Origin: Thermoplasmata archaeon
GTDB taxonomy: Archaea; Thermoplasmatota; Thermoplasmata; Thermoplasmatales; GCA-001856825
Direction of reading: 5' to 3'
Assembly: GCA_023256615.1 (NCBI GenBank)
Contig: JAGDXO010000027.1
Location: forward strand, 1-63,829
DNA length: 63,829 nt
Shown here in pieces: positions 57,701 to 63,829 of this stretch. Position 1 is the stretch's first letter. Each line of letters starts with the position of its first letter. A model generated the notes under the pieces. That model saw only the letters and a program-made list of their open reading frames with translations, had not been told where the DNA came from and did no database searches. The translations under genes were made by a program, and so were the position numbers.

Positions 57701-58384
57701 GAAGATATGCCTTTCACTGAAGAGGGCATAATTCCGGACCTTATAATAAATCCACATTCAATTCCGAGCAGAATGACGGTAGGACACCTTCTTGAAACAC
57801 TAGGAGGTAAGGCTGGATCTCTCGAAGGAAGATTCATAAACAGTACTGTCTTCAACGGTGAGCCGGAAGAATCCTTGAGAGAAGCCCTTGAGAGAAATGG
57901 ATATAAGTATACTGGCAGAGAAACAATGTATGATGGTCTTACTGGAAGGAAGTTCAAGGCGGATATATTTGTTGGAGTTGTTTACTATCAAAAGCTTCAT
58001 CACATGGTGGCCGGGAAATTCCATGCAAGGTCCAGGGGACCTGTTCAAATACTTACAAGGCAACCTACCGAGGGAAGATCCAGGCAGGGAGGGCTAAGGT
58101 TTGGAGAGATGGAAAGGGATACGCTTATTGGACACGGAGCAGCAATGGCCATAAAGGATAGACTTCTTGACCAGAGCGATGGATTCACTATCTATGTATG
58201 CGGTGATCCAGACTGCGGTCACGTTGCAATATATGATTACAAGACACATCAGCTTAGGTGCCCTGTCTGTGGAAACACCAGCAATATACATCCCATTGAG
58301 ACCAGTTATGCATTCAAACTGATGAGGGATGAGTTGATGTCACTTGGAGTTGTTATGAGATTGAGGTTGGGTGATCTGAAATGA
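54767..58384 (+). CDS. rpoB: DNA-directed RNA polymerase subunit B (Rpo2), unsplit
   Basis: 1205 aa. [24 protein letters not shown] and [11 protein letters not shown] motifs. C-terminal CGDPDCG...CPVCG zinc ribbon. Confidence 0.97.
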   Translation: MKSILNTFFREYEVVNHQLVSYNDFIPTEDNPDSIMQQVFDTLRVTDDDEPGEMKLDRSKTGGADIRIRFGRRLGKGKNEPTVTIELPKIREPTGSENYITPLEARLRDLNYMAPLFLEFTVIEDDVETRNEKIKIGEFPVMVRSKICILHKNNIDEFIRRINLRKNEKIRGMTEEELLAMPYEKKVQLLGEDPQDPGGYFIIGGTERTLISMEDLAPNKIIVEYEERYDTKIEVAKIFSQKEGYRALITVERKADGILIVSIPSIAGTIPLVVLMKALGVDKDKDIYDSVVTNERMVPIIYANIEDAENPELYPPGGIMSTKDAINYLEKRFAAGQAKEFREKKLSQILDKNLLPHLGDSPEDRTKKGIYLGRMARALLELHLGIRKEDDKDHLANKRIKLSGDLMEELFRSSAQALLKDLKGQLEKTYNKKRGIRLSAAVRQDVLNEKLKHALSTGNWIGGRTGVSQLLERTSYIATLSHLRRISSPLTRSQPHFEARDLHPTQWGRMCPNETPEGQNCGLVKNASLIIDITEGYPEENIIELLKKMGLEEILGEKPGLTRIYVNGNLVGYHKDGNYVVSELRKRRRSGNLSNQVNVRYDDTTNEVIINTDKGRIRRPLLIVYDGKIKFNSKIREELDQGKIGIKDLISNGIIEWLDAEEEENAYIAIYPYEKPEKCPHCGTFLYSDKIDWINPGEEKIKLKCLNCNSVFEVNKLYNEEHTHLEIDPMIIQGVVVGVIPYTEHNQSPRVTMGAAMTKQSLGLSSSNYRLRPDTRGHVLHYPQKPLVTTRTADYIKYNQRPSGQNAVVALISYHNYNIQDAIIVNKASVERGFGRSAFFRTYRAEEKRYPGGQEDRFEIPPPEVRGVRSEEAYRNIDENGMIAPETFVTSGDVLIGKTSPPRFMEEEQHISIQKRRESSITNRPGESGYVDSVLLTVSENNSRLLKVKVRDDRVPELGDKFASRHGQKGVIGAIIPQEDMPFTEEGIIPDLIINPHSIPSRMTVGHLLETLGGKAGSLEGRFINSTVFNGEPEESLREALERNGYKYTGRETMYDGLTGRKFKADIFVGVVYYQKLHHMVAGKFHARSRGPVQILTRQPTEGRSRQGGLRFGEMERDTLIGHGAAMAIKDRLLDQSDGFTIYVCGDPDCGHVAIYDYKTHQLRCPVCGNTSNIHPIETSYAFKLMRDELMSLGVVMRLRLGDLK

Positions 58385-61035
58385 AAGTTGAGGTGTCCAA
58401 GGGTATCAGCGAGATTAAATTCGGTTTATTGTCTCCAGATGAAATTAGAAAAATGTCTGCTGTGAAGGTTATAACTCCAGATACATACGATGATGATGGA
58501 TTTCCTATAGAAAAAGGCCTAATGGACCCTGCGATGGGTGTAATAGAACCAGGAATGAAATGCAAAACCTGTGGAGGCAAGGTCGATCAGTGTCCAGGAC
58601 ATTTTGGGCATATAGAGCTTGCAATGCCCGTACTACATATAGGATTCATAAAGGAGATTTATTCCATTCTGGGAAGCACCTGTTCTAATTGTGGAAGAAT
58701 AAAATTAACAGATGACAGAATAAATGAGTATAAGAAGAAAATAGAGGAAGTCAAGAATAAGCTTCATGATATAGATTATGATGATATTGTATCAGATGCG
58801 GAATCAGAGGCCAGTGATGTCGTAATCTGTCCACACTGTCACTTTGAGAACAAGAAAATATCACTTGATAAACCAACCACATTCAGGGAAGAGGGAAAGA
58901 AACTCACTCCTAAGGAAATAAGGGAAAGATTTGAAAAAATTCCAGATGACGATCTTATTCTACTCGGAATGGATCCACTGGTTGCAAGACCAGAATGGAT
59001 GATTCTCACAGTATTCCCTGTACCACCTGTGAATGTGAGACCTACAATTACACTGGAAACTGGAGAAAGAAGCGAAGATGATCTCACCCATAAACTTGTT
59101 GATGTTATTAGGATAAACCAGAGACTCAGGGAAAATAGGGATCAGGGCAGTCCTCAGTTAATAATAGAGGATCTGTGGGACCTTCTGCAATATCATATTA
59201 CCACTTATTTCGATAACCAAACTCCTGGAACTCCCCCTGCAAGACACAGGTCTGGAAGATCACTTAAAACTCTGGTACAGAGATTGAAGGGAAAAGAAGG
59301 AAGATTCAGGAGTAATCTTTCAGGTAAGAGGGTTAATTTCTCAGCAAGAACGGTCATAAGCCCAGAGCCTTTCCTATCGATAAATCAGGTGGGGGTACCA
59401 GTAAGGGCTGCAAGAGAGCTGACTGTTACTGAGACTGTTACGGAGCACAATATGGAGAGAATGAAGGAAATGATAAGGAGGGGTCCAGGAAATGACGACC
59501 CTGCTGTTTATTATCCGGGTGTTAACTACGTCTACAGAAGAGATGGTAGCAGAATTAAAGTCTCCGAGAAAAATGCCAAGGATGTCGCGGAGAAAATAGA
59601 AGTTGGCTGGCAGGTTGAAAGGCAGCTTCAGGATGGAGATATAGTCCTGTTCAACAGGCAACCAAGTCTTCACAGGATGTCAATGATGGCACACGAAGTA
59701 AAGGTACTTCCATACAGAACTTTCAGATTCAATCTTGCGGTATGTACTCCTTACAACGCAGATTTCGATGGGGACGAGATGAATCTTCACGTACTTCAAA
59801 GCCAGGAAGCAAGGGCAGAGGCAGAAATTCTTATGAAGGTGCAAGAAAACTTCCTTTCACCAAGATTCGGTGGACCGATTATGGGTGCAATCCATGATCA
59901 TATAACAGCCCTGTTTCTGCTAACATACAGGAATCCCCTTATTCCAGTAGATATGGGAATGCATATTCTTTCCTATGTAGATATAAAAGAAATGCCTCCT
60001 GTGGTTGAGGAAGATGGAAAGAGATATTATCACGGTAGAGACATTTTCTCGACAATTCTACCTGAGGGTGTAAATATAGAATTCAAGGGTAAATTAAATG
60101 ATAAAAATCTTGATCCCGAAGGAACGGAGGGGATTGTCAAAATAGAAAACAGCAAACTTATAAATGGTGCAATAGATGAAAATGCTATCGGGCAGTCAAA
60201 GGGAGTCCTGCTGGATTATGTTATCAGGAAGTTCGGTAATGCGAGAGGTGCTGTGTTCCTCAACGACCTGACAAGGCTCGCAGCAGGAACAATCAGCTAT
60301 ATAGGATTCTCAACGGGAATTGATGATGAGGATGTACCCCATGAGGCAAAGATGCAACTAAGGGAAGTAGGAAAGGATTCAGTAAGTAAAGTGGAAAAGC
60401 TTATAGAGAATTACAGGAACGGCCTCATAGGGCCTGAACCAGGTAAAACGCTTGAAGACACTCTGGAATCAATGATAATGAAGGTACTTTCCCAGGCAAG
60501 GGAAAAGAGTTCAGAAATAGCTTCACACTATCTCGGTATGGAAAATTCAACTGTCATAATGGCAAGGTCAGGTGCCAGGGCAAATATGATGAATCTCGCT
60601 CAGATGGCGGGTATCATAGGGCAGCAGAGTATAAGAGGTCAGAGACAGCACAGGGGTTATACTAACAGAACACTTCCGCATTTCAAGAAGGGAGATATAG
60701 GAGCTTATGCAAGAGGCTTCGTAACGTCATCTTACAAAGAGGGTCTCAATCCAACAGAATATTTCTTCCACGCAACAGGAGGAAGAGAAGGTCTTGTAGA
60801 TACTGCTGTCAGGACAAGCAGATCTGGTTACATGCAGAGGAGACTGATAAATGCCCTGGAGGATCTGAAAGTTTCAGAGGAGAGAAAGGTTCTTGATACT
60901 GAAGATTCGGTCATTCAAATGATATATGGAGAGGATGCAACTGATCCTTCAAGATCATTTGCAGGTGAATCTGTTGATATTGATTATATAGTTAAGGAGA
61001 CCTTTGGTAAAAAATATGGAGGTGTAAAGAAATGA
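58381..61035 (+). CDS. rpoA1: DNA-directed RNA polymerase subunit A' (Rpo1N)
   Basis: [20 protein letters not shown] zinc motif and [13 protein letters not shown] catalytic motif. Confidence 0.97.
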   Translation: MKVEVSKGISEIKFGLLSPDEIRKMSAVKVITPDTYDDDGFPIEKGLMDPAMGVIEPGMKCKTCGGKVDQCPGHFGHIELAMPVLHIGFIKEIYSILGSTCSNCGRIKLTDDRINEYKKKIEEVKNKLHDIDYDDIVSDAESEASDVVICPHCHFENKKISLDKPTTFREEGKKLTPKEIRERFEKIPDDDLILLGMDPLVARPEWMILTVFPVPPVNVRPTITLETGERSEDDLTHKLVDVIRINQRLRENRDQGSPQLIIEDLWDLLQYHITTYFDNQTPGTPPARHRSGRSLKTLVQRLKGKEGRFRSNLSGKRVNFSARTVISPEPFLSINQVGVPVRAARELTVTETVTEHNMERMKEMIRRGPGNDDPAVYYPGVNYVYRRDGSRIKVSEKNAKDVAEKIEVGWQVERQLQDGDIVLFNRQPSLHRMSMMAHEVKVLPYRTFRFNLAVCTPYNADFDGDEMNLHVLQSQEARAEAEILMKVQENFLSPRFGGPIMGAIHDHITALFLLTYRNPLIPVDMGMHILSYVDIKEMPPVVEEDGKRYYHGRDIFSTILPEGVNIEFKGKLNDKNLDPEGTEGIVKIENSKLINGAIDENAIGQSKGVLLDYVIRKFGNARGAVFLNDLTRLAAGTISYIGFSTGIDDEDVPHEAKMQLREVGKDSVSKVEKLIENYRNGLIGPEPGKTLEDTLESMIMKVLSQAREKSSEIASHYLGMENSTVIMARSGARANMMNLAQMAGIIGQQSIRGQRQHRGYTNRTLPHFKKGDIGAYARGFVTSSYKEGLNPTEYFFHATGGREGLVDTAVRTSRSGYMQRRLINALEDLKVSEERKVLDTEDSVIQMIYGEDATDPSRSFAGESVDIDYIVKETFGKKYGGVKK

Positions 61036-62570
61036 TTCTTGCCTGGAAAGATACCGTTAAGAAAATTAAGGAGATAATTGAAAAGGCACCGGTATGTTAC
61101 TGTGTGGATTATGACATTCCAGCTGAAGAAGGAGTAAGTGAGGCACTTCTCACAATATCCGGAAAAACATTTGTTGCCCGCGCGAATATTTCTAAGATAG
61201 AAGAATATAGCAAGGGGAGCGAATGCCTAAAAAAGAGGAAAGATGGCCTTAAAACTTGCATAAAGATAGAATCAATCGAGGAAATACAGGATGATGTTGT
61301 TAATTATGAGGAATTCACCGGCGGATCTATAGAGAAGATAGAGTCATACGCATTCATAATTCATAAAGAGGAAGCCAAGATAGAATTGAAAGAATCTTTC
61401 GAAGAGAAACTTGAAAAGGAAGTAAAAGAAATAATTAAGAAAGCTGAAAACAAAGGAGTTCCTTTACCTGTAAAGATTGCCCAGAAAATAAGCGATGCAA
61501 AGAAAAAATATGGAATAGGCGATAAGGATCTTGATAAACTCATAGATGCTACCATAGAAAAATATAAGGAAACAACGGTTGATCCTTATGAAGCGGTTGG
61601 AATTGTAGGGGCACAGAGTATAGGCGAGCCAGGTACTCAGATGACCATGAGAACTTTCCACTTCGCAGGAATTGCTGAAATGGATGTAACCCTGGGTCTT
61701 CCAAGACTTATAGAAATTGTTGATGCAAGAAAAACTCCCAGCACACCTTCAATGACAATTTACCTGAATGAAAAGGTCAAGGAAAATGAAGATAAGGCAA
61801 TATCCCTTGCAAGGTCAATAGAGTCAACAAATCTTCTTGATATTTCAGATATAGAAGTAAATACGACTGAAAGCTTCATAAGAATATTTCTTGATAAACA
61901 GAAGCTTGAGGAGAGGGGACTGAAAAAGGAAGAGGTAATCGCAAAATTGAGAAAAATGAGAATGCAGAAAGCTACAATACAGGAAGAGGGATACGAATTG
62001 AAGATAACACTTGAGGAGCCCTCCTTCAAGAAATTGTACCAGCTTTATGAAGCTCTAAAGGTTTATCAGATAAAAGGTCTGGATGGAATTAAAAGGGCAA
62101 TAGTTAAATTTGACCAGAAGGCCAAGGAATGGGTTATATATACGCAGGGATCAAATCTTGCAGGTGTGATGGAGCTGAAGGATGTTGATTTCACAAGAAC
62201 GAGGACAAATGACATAATTGAAATATCCCAGGTACTTGGGGTGGAAGCAGCAAGGATGGCTATAATAGAAGAAAGCATATCCACGCTGCAGAATGCTGGA
62301 CTTAACACAGATATAAGGCACCTTATGCTGGTTGCAGATATGATGACTTTCGATGGGAATGTCGAAGCCATAGGAAGACACGGAATTTCAGGAAAGAAGG
62401 CATCAGTTCTGGCCAGGGCAGCATTTGAAATAACGAGCAAGCATCTGCTGAACGCAGGTTTGATAGGTGAAGTAGATAAGCTGAACGGGGTAGCGGAAAA
62501 TATTATAGTGGGGCAACCAATTACGTTGGGTACTGGTGCAATAAAGCTAATGTACAAAAGAGGTGATTGA
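61032..62570 (+). CDS. rpoA2: DNA-directed RNA polymerase subunit A'' (Rpo1C) with an N-terminal extension of about 135 aa
   Basis: [26 protein letters not shown] (trigger-loop region) begins only at about residue 188. ATGA overlap with the rpoA1 stop. Confidence 0.93.
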   Translation: MILAWKDTVKKIKEIIEKAPVCYCVDYDIPAEEGVSEALLTISGKTFVARANISKIEEYSKGSECLKKRKDGLKTCIKIESIEEIQDDVVNYEEFTGGSIEKIESYAFIIHKEEAKIELKESFEEKLEKEVKEIIKKAENKGVPLPVKIAQKISDAKKKYGIGDKDLDKLIDATIEKYKETTVDPYEAVGIVGAQSIGEPGTQMTMRTFHFAGIAEMDVTLGLPRLIEIVDARKTPSTPSMTIYLNEKVKENEDKAISLARSIESTNLLDISDIEVNTTESFIRIFLDKQKLEERGLKKEEVIAKLRKMRMQKATIQEEGYELKITLEEPSFKKLYQLYEALKVYQIKGLDGIKRAIVKFDQKAKEWVIYTQGSNLAGVMELKDVDFTRTRTNDIIEISQVLGVEAARMAIIEESISTLQNAGLNTDIRHLMLVADMMTFDGNVEAIGRHGISGKKASVLARAAFEITSKHLLNAGLIGEVDKLNGVAENIIVGQPITLGTGAIKLMYKRGD

Positions 62571-62848
62571 TCTTGGATTATTCGTGGGAATTAGGCAGGT
62601 TAAAAGAAACCGGGAAATATGTATTAGGGGAAAAAATGACAATGAAAATGCTGAAGAAGGGTCAGTTAAAGGCTGTGGTATACTGTGAAGAACCTCATTT
62701 GAAGGAAAAGTTTGAAAAATTGCAGGGAATAAAATACTCTGTTCCCCTGAATTCTTTACAGCTTGGCACCATTTTTGGAAAACCCTTTTCTGTGAGTGTT
62801 GTCGGCGTAGTGGATTCAGGCGATTCAGCTTTCAAGGGGAATGATTGA
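62567..62848 (+). CDS. rpl30e: 50S ribosomal protein L30e (eL30)
   Basis: [26 protein letters not shown] motif. Conserved position after rpoA''. Non-ATG (TTG) start in the ORF track. Confidence 0.8.
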   Translation: MILDYSWELGRLKETGKYVLGEKMTMKMLKKGQLKAVVYCEEPHLKEKFEKLQGIKYSVPLNSLQLGTIFGKPFSVSVVGVVDSGDSAFKGND

Positions 62849-63282
62849 AGTTGGGAGAAATAACTCTTGATACAAGGAGTCTGGATCTTATAAAGATGTT
62901 TGAGTCCATGGTGGGAGTTCCAGTTAAGGACGTCATGGAAACGGAGGACGTTATATTCTTCGTTCTTGAAAAGGGTGGAACATATAAATTATTCACCAGT
63001 GATGATAAGAAAAAGGCACTTGAAAAGGTCAAGGAAATGTTGAAAAAGAGGATAAATATTTTGGATTTCTCTCCAGATCCTGAACAGTTCTTCAGAAACC
63101 TCTTCTATAGGTATAAAGTTTCAGCCCTCAATGTAACTGCAGGTGAAAGCGGTTACGTGGTCAATGTGAAGGTTGATCCAAATTACAAAGCTTCAGCGAT
63201 TGGTAAGGGAGCAAAAAACCTTAAAACAGCACTTACCTTAGCAAGAAGATATTTCACAATTGCCAAACTCTATATAGAGTAA
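62845..63282 (+). CDS. nusA: archaeal NusA-like transcription factor (two KH domains)
   Basis: 145 aa. Conserved position after rpl30e. KH-like IGKGAKNLK motif. Confidence 0.8.
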   Translation: MKLGEITLDTRSLDLIKMFESMVGVPVKDVMETEDVIFFVLEKGGTYKLFTSDDKKKALEKVKEMLKKRINILDFSPDPEQFFRNLFYRYKVSALNVTAGESGYVVNVKVDPNYKASAIGKGAKNLKTALTLARRYFTIAKLYIE

Positions 63283-63352
63283 TTTTTACATTTTATTATT
63301 TTAAATTATATTTTGAAGAAAGTGTGTTAAGTAATTCCTTGATTTTATGCAT

Positions 63353-63829
63353 TCAGCTCACTACCGTGTTCTTTCTGAGAATGAAATAACAGTAGATCTT
63401 CATTACAGCCTCATGAATCTGATATATCAGCTTCCTTGCCCTTATTGTTTCTCCCACCACTCTCTTCAAAGCTGAGAAGAATATCTCGACACTCCATCTC
63501 TTTCCATAATTCATCTCCCTCTTCCATTCTTCTATACCCTCTTTTCTTATACTCCTCACTATCATGGCCATGTAGGGAGAACCTCTTGGTAGTGTGGAAG
63601 AGTTCTCCCTTGGTGGAATCACAGCTTCAATTCCCTTGCTGTATAGAAAATTGAAGTTGCCTCTTGAATCATAAGCTCCATCCCAGTACACCATCTTCAC
63701 CTTGTCTGCTATTGGACTGAGAATCTTCCTGAATTCCCTGCTGTCATGGGAATGCTCGTCCGTAATTGAGAAAGAAACTATGTTCATGGTATCCCCGTCT
63801 ATTGCAACATGCATCTTTATCCATCCCTT
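63353..63829 (-). mobile_element. IS4/IS5-family DDE transposase gene, 5' part cut by the window end
   Basis: The frame stays open to the window edge (..KGWIKMHVAIDGDT). DDE residues in HVAIDGD and YWDGAYDS. Y-R-E-K signature in NYGKRWSVEIFFSALKR. Confidence 0.8.

Noticed and set aside
62066-62557. 163-aa minus-strand ORF inside rpoA''
   Set aside because: It is entirely antisense to a strongly conserved RNA polymerase gene and has no recognisable motif. It is a typical shadow ORF.
1-63829. Search for CRISPR arrays, cas genes, rRNA and tRNA genes, inteins and large tandem repeats
   Set aside because: I saw no regularly spaced direct repeats, no cas genes other than the stand-alone Cas4-like gene, no rRNA or tRNA signatures, and no intein-like insertions in nrdJ, rpoB, rpoA or secY.

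Overview
AT-rich archaeal chromosomal segment (GC in the high 30s % by eye). Gene content and order fit Thermoplasmata/Thermoplasmatales: an unsplit rpoB, rpoH-B-A'-A''-rpl30e-nusA, and a long L3-to-L15-secY-adk-DUF106-cmk-cbf5 ribosomal protein block. The genus cannot be determined from sequence alone. Most of the window is compact core housekeeping with many 4-nt ATGA-type overlaps. It includes the ribosomal protein superoperon (8658-24372), the RNA polymerase operon (54509-63282), class II ribonucleotide reductase, a sufCBDSU operon with a divergent wHTH regulator, and three aminoacyl-tRNA synthetases (cysS, pheS, proS). It also carries NAD salvage, CoA, purine and pyrimidine genes, both protein subunits Rpp29 and Rpp21 of RNase P, a BtuFCD-like ABC importer and FBP aldolase/phosphatase. 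I recognised no rRNA, tRNA or CRISPR array. Three genes below the ORF-track length cut-off were found by hand: rps14 (16002-16163), a 54-codon ORF (27702-27866) and rpl40e (28185-28333), which is frameshifted as given. The most unusual locus is 26740-27866: a Cas4/DUF83-type Fe-S nuclease whose conserved motifs are separated by a four-helix membrane insertion, preceded by the unlisted small ORF, with no cas genes or repeats nearby. Other points worth a second look: lineage-specific insertions or extensions in RpoB (an extra zinc ribbon), RpoA'' (about 135 aa at the N-terminus), SecY (two extra N-terminal hydrophobic helices) and L24 (an acidic tail). There are exact repeat or palindrome operator candidates upstream of nrdJ, xerA and sufC, and a likely structured leader before rpl3. 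A GC-rich hairpin-rich fragment sits at the left window edge, and an IS4/IS5-type transposase sits where rps12-rps7 normally follow nusA.
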